64,000 bases of DNA from Mobula hypostoma (taxonomy: Eukaryota), in assembly GCF_963921235.1 (NCBI RefSeq), contig NC_086108.1, positions 105,526,001 through 105,590,000 of the forward strand. The letters run 5' to 3'. Made by a program: the position numbers and the translations under genes. The notes beneath the pieces were generated by a model. That model was not told where the DNA came from. It saw nothing but the letters and a program-made list of their open reading frames with translations, and made no database searches. This document shows, piece after piece, positions 48,598 to 58,468 of this stretch (positions are counted from its first letter, which is position 1; each line of letters starts with the position of its first letter).

Positions 48598-49328
48598 CAG
48601 AGGTTCTCAGCATGGGACGTTTGGTCCCCTGGGGGTCATGCCAGATTTTGTAGGGGCCACAAGCTATAAAAGCAAGGAACTGGGGGCCACAGGAGTTTCT
48701 GAATGGGCCATGATAAGTTTACTGATTTAGTGAAATATTACTAAAATATATAAATAAAAAATAAATGAATATATGTAATTGAATTGGATGCCATTGAGAC
48801 TAAAAAGCATCTTGGCCTCTGTATGTGTGTATTTGTAGGGTGGGGGATGTTTCAAGGGGGTGGGGCACATCTCTGCCGTTGCTTGACCACGCACAAATCA
48901 CCGTTTACTCCCTGCAGGGCGGCCCCCTGAGCCCTGCTCCAGATCTACCACCAAAGCACAAACCGCAGACTGGGCTGGGCTGTCGGCAACAAGGCCGATC
49001 AGCAAGTACACAGCAGGAGGCTGGTTCTATTTGTTTCCCCTTGAGCTCTGTATGTTACAATACTTCTAAAATGGGACCCGAAGGCTGCAGTAGCTTATTC
49101 AGACCTTTGAAATCGTGTAATTTCTATATACACCTGTAACATTATATCTAGCATATAATAATATCTACAACCTGTTAACACATAAATATTGACTGTATAT
49201 TAGAATAATTAGTACAGATAACCAAAAAAAACCTTTAGCTGCTAACAGAGATTATGTAGGGTGGGGGCCGCAGAGTTAAATCAAAGTTACTAGTCAGCCA
49301 CAAGAAGAAAAAAAGTTGAGAACCACTG
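48598..49328. mobile_element. 731-bp non-autonomous hAT (Charlie-like) element inside a Penelope UTR remnant (48360-48597 and 49329-49505)
   Basis: TIRs CAGAGGTTCTCA / TGAGAACCACTG; 8-bp TSD TTCTATCT / TTCTAGCT. Confidence 0.88.
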
Positions 49329-49784
49329 TTCTAGCTTGTCATCCTTCCCGTCCCCCTGCCTTCTTACTCTGGCATCTTCCCCCTTCCTCTCTAGTCTTGG
49401 GCCTCCGCCCAAAATTCCATGGATGCTGCCTGACCTGCTGAGTTTCTCCAGCATTTTGTGTGTGTTGCTCTGGATTTCCAGCATCTGCAGAATCTTTCCT
49501 GTTTGCCAGCACTTGACCTAGATCTTAATGTGTTTATCAAACATTAAAAGCATTAACAGAGGACAAGTACAAAACCTGGGATTCTGTAAAATAATTGGAG
49601 AGTTATTGGGCTGGTGTTGAGAGGCTTAGAATATTGATTCTGAGATATGAATTTAACTCACATCTCAGAGTTTATATTCAAGTAATTAGATATATTTGGA
49701 ATAAAAAAAGAGTAGTTTTGGAATCAGAACATCAATAATGAGCGCAAATAATCACATCTGAAATAACAATCTAGTTTCTGTTTG

Positions 49785-49922
49785 CAAACAACAGGAATTC
49801 TGCAGATGCTGGAAATTCGAGCAACACACATCAAAGTTGCTGGTGAACGCAGCAGGCCAGGCAGCATCTGTAGGAAGAGGTGCAGTCGACGTTTCAGGCC
49901 GAGACCCTTCGTCAGGACTAAC
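49785..49922 (-). mobile_element. Short Penelope terminal insertion
   Basis: Same 3' terminus as 8005-8152; stops 2 nt beyond hammerhead stem I. Confidence 0.9.
49883..49920 (-). ncRNA. Minimal type I hammerhead ribozyme, intact core
   Basis: RNA reads UAGUC-CUGACGA-AGG(GUCUCGG)CCU-GAAA-CGUC^-GACUG. Confidence 0.85.
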
Positions 49923-50559
49923 ATCTCAACACAAAATTCTCCAAATAGTTGGGATAACGGGTGAGATAGATTCATAAAGTTATGCAGTATGGTGACAGCC
50001 CAATACATCCATGCTGACCAAATAAAGTTCAGAGTTCAACATTCAAAGTGCCTTTATTATCAAAGTATGTATACATTATACAACCTCGACATTCATCTCC
50101 TAACAGGCAGCCACAAAACAAAGAAACACAATAGCATCCACAAAAAAACCTACACAACAGAGACAATCAAACATTCAATGCGCAAGCAATAAAAATAGAC
50201 ACAGAACATGAATCACGGAGTCCTCAAACGTGAGTTCACAGCCACAGAGTTACTTATTACATAATGTCCCTTATCTAAACTAATCCTGTTTGTCAGCACT
50301 TGACCCAGATCTTAACTTTTCCTATCCAAACGTGTTTTTTTAAACATTATAATTTTACCTGCTTCTAATATTGGAAAATTGAGTACATTAGTTTATTATT
50401 GTTGCATATATAGATGTACAGTGAAAAGCCTCTTATGAATTATCCAAACAGATCATTGAGGCAGTACAAAGGAAAGCAATAACAGAATGCTGAATAGAGT
50501 GTAACAGTTACACAGTATGTACAGTACAGGCAGAAAATTAATTGGAAGGTCATAACTGG

Positions 50560-51712
50560 AATTCCTTGAGGATATAAGGAGCAAAGTGGATAGAAGGGAA
50601 CAGATGGACATTATTTACTTGGATATCCAGAAGTCGTTTGAAAAGGTGCCGCATAAAAGACTTGTCCATAGCTAAGGATGCTTAGAGTTACGGGTGATGT
50701 ATTAGCATGGATAGAGGATTGGTTAACTAATAGAAAGCAGGGAGTTGGGATACATGGGTGTTACTCCAGTTGGCAATCAGTGGTGAATGGTGTGCTGCAG
50801 GGGTCGGTGCTGGGCCTGCATCTGTTCACGATATACATTAATGATCTGGAAGAGGGAACCAAGTGTAGTGCTGATGACACTAAACTGAGCGGAAAAGCAA
50901 ATTGTGCAGAAGGTTTGGAGAGTCTGCAGAGAGATATAGATAGGTTAAGTGAATGGGCAAGGGTCTGGCAGATGGAGTACAATGTTGGTAAATGCAAAGT
51001 CATCCACTTTGCAAGTAAAAATGAAAGAGCAGGTTATTAATTAAGTGGTAAAAATTGCAGCATGCTGCTGTGCAGAGGGACTTGGGAGTGCTTGTGCATG
51101 GATCACGAAAGGTTGGTTTGCAGTTGCAGCAGGCAGTCAAAAAGGCAAATGAGATGTTAGCCTTCGTTGCTCGAGGGATTGAATTTAAGGGCAGGGAGGT
51201 TATGCTACAACTGTACAGGGTACTGGTGAGGCCACACCTGGAGTACTGTGTGCAGTTCTGGTCTCCTTACTTGAGGAAGGATATACTGGCTTTGCAGGTG
51301 GTGCAGAGGAGGTTCACCAGGTTGATTCCAGAGATGAGGGGGTTAGACTATGAGGAGAGATTGAGTCACCTGGGACTGTACTCACTGGAATTCAGAAGAA
51401 TGAGAGGAGATCTAATAGAAACATATAATATTATGAAAGGGATAGATAAGATAGAGGCAGGAAAGTTGTTTCTACTGGTAGGTGAGACTAGAACAAGAGG
51501 ACATAGCCTCAAGATTCGGGGGAGTACATTTAGGACGGAGGTGAGGAGGAACTGCTTTCCCCAGAGAGTGGTGAATTTGAAACAGTGGAGGCTACCTCAA
51601 TAAATATACATTTAAGACAAGGTTGGAGAGATTTTTGCATAGTTGGGGAATTAAGGGTTGTGGGGAAAAGGCAGGTATGTGGAGATGAGTGCATGGCCAG
51701 ATCAGCCATAAT
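50560..51712 (+). mobile_element. CR1 RT to 3' fragment
   Basis: ORFs 50678-51040 and 51055-51603: QGSVLG, ADDTKL, LVRPHLEYCVQFW, TRGHSL. Confidence 0.92.
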
Positions 51713-51714
51713 CA

Positions 51715-52105
51715 GCGAGAAGTACAGGAAGAGTCCATGGAAGGGTGACTAGTTTCTCTGACATGCTGAGCTGTGTTCACAACTCTCTGCAGCTTATTGA
51801 GGTCACAGGCAGAGCGGTCGCCATAACAAGCGGTGATGCATCTATATCAGATGCTTTTTGTGGTGCGTGGAGAAAAATTAGTGAGGGTCCAGGGGAACGT
51901 GCCAAATTCCTTCAGCTTCTTGAGGAAGTAGGGGCACTGATGAGTTTTCTTGGCCTTGGATTCTATGTGGTTGGACGAGGACAGGGTATTGATGAAGTTC
52001 ACGTTTGGGAATTTGAAGCTCTCAGATCTCTTGATGTATTCAGGAGCATGTGTTCTGCCCACTTCCTGAAATCAACAGTCTGCTTTTTTGCTTTTGCTGA
52101 CACAC
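51715..52105 (-). mobile_element. Old Rex1/Babar fragment
   Basis: Reverse strand: VDFRK, ESFKF, KKTHQCPYFLKKLKEFG. Confidence 0.65.
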
Positions 52106-52226
52106 CTTGTCCTCTGAGAGTTTGTTTCACATACCCAGTGACTTCTGTGTGAAAAAAATTGCCCACCCACTCCCTCAAATCTCTCACCTTAAACTCATCC
52201 TCTGAGAGTTTGTTTCACATACCCAG

Positions 52227-53083
52227 TGTTACGTACCCCGTAACTGGGTTGCCAAACCAGCAGAAATGGATCACTCAGTTGGAGTCTGGAGTACTAGAAC
52301 TAAGAAAGTTTTATTAAAGAAACAAGCAACACAGTAATCGAAAGGATAATAAATGCAACAATTCAACAATGATAACCACACATGTGCACAGAATTAAGAT
52401 AACAGCATCAATCAAGCTCTATCGTTGTCTAGGGGTAAATGACCAATTTCAAAATGACTCAAAGTTCAGTCCAGTTTGTAGTTCAGTTCGCAGTAATCGT
52501 TGCCATGGCGATGGACAAGGTGGGGGAAGAGAGACAGAGAGAACAACTCATCATTCAGCACAGCTTCACTCACAAACCAGCGAGATTGCTCACGAGCAAC
52601 TTTTGGGCGGGTCCTTGGTGATGTCACCTGAGGTCACCGACTGTGACCCCTCCTCCAGATGCGGTCGATCCTCTGCAGTGAACCCGGCACCCAGGCAAGG
52701 GCGGACACACACCGGGTTCCCGCTGATCGTACCTTTCCACCCTGTGCATTGTCCGGTACTTCTCACCACTCGTGAGAGGCGCACCGCTTCCAGGGTCTCG
52801 TTACCTCGGGTGGCGTGTGTGTCTGTCTTAGCGAACCTGTCCCTTTTTATCCCCCTGCTGGGGTATCGCCTGTCCATCACTTCAAACAGTTCAGGGTTCA
52901 AAGGGGGGGGAGCCGCTCCAGACAGCTCTCTCTCCCACATCCCTTCATTACACATCTCCAGACGCTGCTCCATTGTTCCTTATCTCTCCTTCCCCTGAGG
53001 GCAGGTGGCAGACCAACTGCTGATGCCACTGATGCTAGCCCAGGCCAGCAAACATCTTAACTTTATTGTGTATTCTCGTAACA
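52227..53083 (-). mobile_element. Solo LTR (857 bp)
   Basis: TGTTACG...CGTAACA 7-bp terminal inverted repeat; 4-bp TSD CCAG; AATAAA on the minus strand near 52310. Confidence 0.92.
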
Positions 53084-53177
53084 CCAGCAATCTCTGTTTG
53101 AAAAAACTGCCCCCCAGATCCCTCAAACCTCTCACCTTAAGCTCATGCCCTATAATTGTAGACTTCCCCTACCCTGG

Positions 53178-53835
53178 TGTTGGATAGTGATGCTTTTGAT
53201 CTGCGATGCTTCAGAAGTCAAGAACGAGGCATAAAATATGGTGTTTACGATCATTTATTAAGCATTACAGGAACAAGGAATGAGGGAAGGAAGATGTCGA
53301 AGAGGGTGGGGGGAGGTAAGAGAGCCTAGTGGCAGGGGAAGGAGACTGAACCAGTGTGGTTTAGTCCTCTTATACCAGTTTGCTAATTCCATTGAATTTC
53401 TGTAGCTAACAGACATGCCATTCAAATTCCATTGCTTGAGTTAACCAATCAGATAGCCCTATTCAAAGCCCCAAACACGAGGAAATCTGCAGATGCTGGA
53501 AATTCAAGCAACACACACAAAATGCTGGTGGAATGCAGCAGGCCAGGCAGCATCCGTAGGAAGAAGCACAGTCGATGTTTCGGGCCGAGACGTCGACAGT
53601 GCTTCTTCCTATGGATGCTGTCTGGCCTGCTGCATTCCACCAGCATTTTGTGTGTGTTGCCCCTATTCAAAGGATGTGGTTCCCACAACTGCAACCAAAT
53701 TGTTACAAAAGCAACTGCAACCACTGGAAAACACATTGAATGATTACAGGTACGTAGGTATTTATATAAAAAACACAAACAAGCATTAGAAAATGGAACT
53801 ACAAAGAACTAACGATTACAGAGTCTAATCCAATG
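53178..53835 (-). mobile_element. Probable solo LTR interrupting a CR1 remnant
   Basis: TGTTGGAT...ATCCAATG ends; CTGG / TTGG flanks; the CR1 text ACCCTGG|GAAAAAGACTG rejoins across it. Confidence 0.55.
53469..53660 (-). mobile_element. Second Penelope-derived fold-back insertion
   Basis: About 70-bp inverted arms (53508-53578 / 53590-53660); 12-bp TSD CCCTATTCAAAG at 53457-53468 and 53661-53672. Confidence 0.9.
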
Positions 53836-54899
53836 TTGGGAAAAAGACTGTGACAATGCTATGTTTCTTATAATTTTAAGAATCTCTTTAACATCACCCT
53901 TCAGCCTACTTAGCTCCAAGCAAAACAGTCCTACCATATCCAGCCTTGCCATATAATTCAAGCCCTGCAGTCCCAGGAACTTCTTGCAAACCTTTTCTGC
54001 ACCTTCTCCAGCTTAATCACACCCTTCCTGTGGCATGCCACACAGAAATGCACACAAGTGCAGCACAACCAGTGATTTTATTTACAACATTATGCATTCA
54101 GAGAAGAAGAAACTCACCAGTCCCTTTGAGCTGTGTCCTCTATTTGCCGAGATCATGGCTGCTCTCCTATCTCATCAGCATGGTTGAGTAGTGTTTACCA
54201 CCTACGCTTTACAGTACCAGCGACCTGGGTTCAATTCACACTAATTCACGTGTTCGCACCTTCTCCCCGTGACCACGTGGCTTTCCTCCGGGTGCTCCGG
54301 TTTCCTCCTACAGTCCAAAGGTGCACCGGTTGGTAGGTTAATTGGTCATTGTAAATTGTCCCGTCAATAGACTAGAATTAAATTGGGGAATTGTTTGGTG
54401 GCGCAGCTCAAAGAGCTGGAAGGGTCTATTCCACACTGTATCTCAAATAAATAAAAAACTGATCTTGCACTGAATATTTAAAGATTAGCTTTACTTGTTG
54501 AATATGCATTAAGACATCAAAACATACAGTTAACTCCATTGTTTGCTTAGATCTTTCATCAGGACTCAACATTTTAGGAACAGCTTTTCCCTATCCTCCA
54601 TCAGTTTTCTGAATGGCCCATGAACCCATGAACACCACCTTGTTATTCACACTTTTTGCAATTTTTTTTATTTTTGTAATTTATAGTAGTTCTGTGTCTT
54701 TGCATTGTATAGTTGCTGCAAAAACAACTCATTTCATGGCATATAGAACAATGAAAATAAACCTGATTCTGATACACTGTCACGCCTGTCACTCCTGTCG
54801 CTTGAGTGTTGACTACTTTCAATGAAGGATCATGTGCTGTTAGCTCTATTCTTGTTACTTGTCTCCGACAATAGCAACTGAATAGAAACTGATTGGAAA

Positions 54900-56039
54900 G
54901 CTGAGCCTACTGGGCCTGAACACCTCCCTCTGCAACTGGATTCTAGACTTCCTGACTGGGAGACCTCAGTCAGTCCGGATTGGAAGCAGCATCTCTAACA
55001 CCATCACACTGAGCACGGGGGCCCCCCAGGGCTGTGTGCTCAGTCCACTGCTGTTCACTCTGCTGACCCACGACTGTGCAGCAACACACAGCTCGAACCA
55101 CATCATCAAGTTCACCGATGACAGGACCGTGGTGGGTCTCATCATCAAGAAGGATGAGTCAGCATACAGAGAGGAGGTGCAGCGGCTAATGGACTGGTGC
55201 AGAGCCAACAACCTGTCTCTGAATGTGAACAAAACAAAAGAGATGGTTGTTGACTTCAGGAGAGCACGGAACAGTCCACTCTCTGCTGAACATCGACAAC
55301 TCCTCTGTAGAGATTGTTAAGAGCACCAAATTTCTTGGTGTTCACCTGGTGGAGAATCTCACCTGGTCCCTCAACACCAGCTCCATAGCAAAGAAAGCCC
55401 AGCAGCGTCTCTACTTTCTGTGAGGGCTGAGAAAAGTCCATCTCCCACCCCCATCCTCACCACATTCTACAGAGGTTGTATTGAGAGCATCCTGAGCAGC
55501 TGCATCACTGCCTGGTTCAGAAATTGCACCATCGCGGATCGCAAGACCCTGCAGCGGATAGTGAGGTCAGCTGAGAATATCATTGGGGTCTTTCTTCCCG
55601 CCATTGCAGATATTTACACCACATGCTGCATCCACAAAGCAAACAGCATTATGAAGGACCCCACACACCCCTCATACAAACTCTTCTCCCTCCTGCCATC
55701 TGGCAAAAGGCACCGAAGCATTCGGGCTCTCACGACCAGACTATGTAACAGTTTCTTCCCCCAAGCCATCAGACTCCTCGATACCCAGAGCCTGGACTGA
55801 CACCAACCTACTGCCCTCTACTGTGCCTATTGTCTTGTTTATTATTTATTGTAATGCCTGCACTGTTTTGTGCACTTTATGCAGTCCTGGGTAGGTCTGG
55901 TGTAGTTTTTGTGTTGTTTTATGTAGTTCAGTGTAGTTTTTGTATTGTTTCATGTAGCACCATGGTCCTGAAAAACGTTGTCTCGTTTTCACTGTGTACT
56001 GTACCAGCAGTTATGGTCGAAATAACAATAAAAAGTGAC
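54900..56039 (+). mobile_element. Rex1/Babar LINE, 5'-truncated (RT to 3' end; tail resumes at 57086-57110)
   Basis: [38 protein letters not shown] and LLPSGKRHRS..SFFPQAIRLL. Confidence 0.92.
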
Positions 56040-57085
56040 ACACATAAAAGTTGCTGGTGAACGCAGCAGGCCAGGCAGCATCTCTAGGAAGAGGTGCAGT
56101 CGACGTTTCAGGCCGAGACCCTTCGTCAGGACTAACTGAAGGAAGAGTGAGTAAGGGATTTGGAAGTTGGAGGGGGAGGGGGAGATCCAAAATGATAGGA
56201 GAAGACAGGAGGGGGAGGGATGGAGCTAGGAGCTGGACAGGTGATAGGCAAAAGGGGATACGAGAGGATCATGGGACAGGAGGTCCGGGAAGAAAGATAA
56301 GGAGGGGCGGGGGGACCCAGAGGATGGGCAAGGGGTATAGTCAGAGGGACAGAGGGAGAAAAAGGAGAGTGAGAGAAAGAATGTCTGTATAAAAATAAGT
56401 AACAGATGGGGTACAAGGGGGAGGTGGGGCATTAGTGGAAGTTAGAGAAGTTGATGTTCATGCCATCAGGTTGGAGGCTACCCAGACGGAATATAAAGTG
56501 TTGTTCCTCCAACCTGAGTGTGGCTTCATCTTTACAGTAGAGGAGGCCGTGGATAGACATGTCAGAATGGGAATGGGTTGTGGAATTAAAATGTGTGGCC
56601 ACTGGGAGATCCTGCTTTCTCTGGCGGACAGAGCGTAGGTGTTCAGCAAAGCGGTCTCCCAGTCTGCGTCGGGTCTCGCCAATATATAAAAGGCCACATC
56701 GGGAGCACTGGATGCAGTATATCACCCCAGCCGACTCACAGGTGAAGTGTTGCCTCACCTGGAAGGACTGTTTGGGGCCCTGAATGGTGGTAAGGGAGGA
56801 AGTGTAAGGGTATGTGTAGCACTTGTTTCCGCTTACACGGATAAGTGCCAGGAGGGAGATCAGTGGGGAGGGATGGGGGGGACGAATGGACAAGGGGAGT
56901 TGCGTAGGGAGTGATCCCTGCGGAATGCAGGGGGCAGGGGAGGGAAAGATGTGCTTAGTGGTGGGATCCCGTTGGAGGTGGTGGAAGTTATGGAGAATAA
57001 TATGTTGGACCCGGAGGCTGGTGGGATGGTAGGTGAGGACCAGGGGAACCCTATTCCTAGTGGGGTGGCGGGAGGATGGAGTGAG
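56040..57085 (-). mobile_element. Penelope-like element 3' part: linker, GIY-YIG endonuclease, 3'UTR/pLTR
   Basis: ORF 56432-56893 reads FTCESAGVIYCIQCSRCGLLYIGETRRRLGDRFAEH..VATHFN..E..LGSLQPDGMN; upstream PLVLTYHP. AGTGAC at 56034-56039 and 57086-57091. Confidence 0.93.
56097..56134 (-). ncRNA. Minimal type I hammerhead ribozyme, intact core, in the Penelope pLTR
   Basis: Identical to 49883-49920; lies about 300 nt downstream of the GIY-YIG stop codon. Confidence 0.88.
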
Positions 57086-57174
57086 AGTGACTTGAATTGA
57101 CTTGACTTGACAAAGGGAACAACAACGGGCACTACGTGTTCATACAAAGTGGGTTGCAGAGCTTCATACTTGAA

Positions 57175-57727
57175 GGAGGACCTCATCACATTGAGCCTTG
57201 TCAGCAGTTTTGGGCCTCTTATCTAAGAAAGAATATACTGACATTGGAAAGTTCCAGAGGAGGGTCATAAAAAGGATACAGGGAATGAAAGGGTTAATGT
57301 ATGAGCAGCATTTGATGGCTTTAGACCTGTACTTTCTGAAATTTAGAAAAATGATGGGGGATCTTATTGAAACATTTTCTAATAGTGCAAGGCCAAGATA
57401 TATTGGATGTGAAGAGGATTTTTCCCAGAGTGCGGGAGTCTAGGACCAGAGTGCACAACTCAGAACAGAAGGCCATCCATTTGGAACAGAGATGAGGAGG
57501 AATTTCTTTAGCCAGAGGGTAGTGATACTGTGGAATTCATTGCCATAGGTGGCTGTAGAGGTCAAGACACAGGGTATATTTAAAGCAGAGGTTGATAGGT
57601 TCTTAAGTTATAAGGGTGTTGATGATTACTGGGAGAAGGCAGGAGAATGGGGTTGAGAGGGATAATAAATCAGCCATGATGGAATGGTGGAACAGACTTG
57701 ATGGGTCAAATGGCCTAAATCTGCTCC
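57175..57727 (+). mobile_element. Old CR1 3' fragment whose tail (61577-61600) is displaced by the young CR1
   Basis: CR1 C-terminal remnants; 3'UTR CTGCTCC|TATATCTTATGGTCTTATGG rejoins. Confidence 0.8.
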
Positions 57728-57728
57728 G

Positions 57729-58463
57729 GTGGTCACGCCGGGGCCACGGGAGGGAGACAAGTGGGTCACGGTTAGGAGGGGGAAGGGGAAAAGTCAGGTG
57801 ATGGGGAGTACCCCGGTGGCTGTGCCCCTTAACAACAGGTACTCCTGTTTGAGTACTGTTGGGGGGGACAGCTTACCCGGGGGAAGCGACAGTGGCCGTG
57901 CCTCCGGCACAGAGTCTGGCCCTGTAGCTCAGAAGGGTAAGGCAAGAAAGAGGAGGGCAGTTGTGATAGGGGACTCGATAGTAAGGGGGTCAGATAGGCG
58001 ATTCTGTGGACGCAGTCCAGAGACCCGGATGGTAGTTTGCCTCCCTGGTGCCAGGGTCCGGGATATTTCTGATCGTGTCCAAGATATCCTGAAGTGGGTG
58101 GGTGAGGAGCCAGAGGTCGTGGTACATATAGGTACCAATGACATAGGTAGGAAAAGGGATGAGGTCCTGAAAGGAGAATATAGGGAGCTAGGAAGGGAGT
58201 TGAGAAAAAGGACCGCAAAGGCAGTAATCTCGGGATTACTGCCTGTGCCACGCGACAGTGAGAGTAGGAATGCGATGAGGTGGAGGATAAATGCGTGGCT
58301 GAGGGATTGGAGCAGGGGGCAGGGATTCAAGTTTTTGGATCATTGGGACCTCTTTTGGCGCAGGCGTGACCTGTACAAAAAGGACGGGTTACACTTGAAT
58401 CCTAGGGGGACCAATATCCTGGCAGGGAGATTAGCGGGGGCTACTGAGGTGACTTTAAACTAG
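57729..58463 (+). CDS. CR1 ORF1 C-terminal SGNH/GDSL esterase domain (5'-truncated)
   Basis: Blocks IGDSIVR, LPGA, HIGTND and DGLHLN are all intact. Confidence 0.88.
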   Translation: MVTPGPREGDKWVTVRRGKGKSQVMGSTPVAVPLNNRYSCLSTVGGDSLPGGSDSGRASGTESGPVAQKGKARKRRAVVIGDSIVRGSDRRFCGRSPETRMVVCLPGARVRDISDRVQDILKWVGEEPEVVVHIGTNDIGRKRDEVLKGEYRELGRELRKRTAKAVISGLLPVPRDSESRNAMRWRINAWLRDWSRGQGFKFLDHWDLFWRRRDLYKKDGLHLNPRGTNILAGRLAGATEVTLN

Positions 58464-58468
58464 AATGG

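Noticed and set aside
52369..52998. 209-aa ORF
   Set aside because: It lies wholly within a TSD-flanked solo LTR and shows no protein motif.
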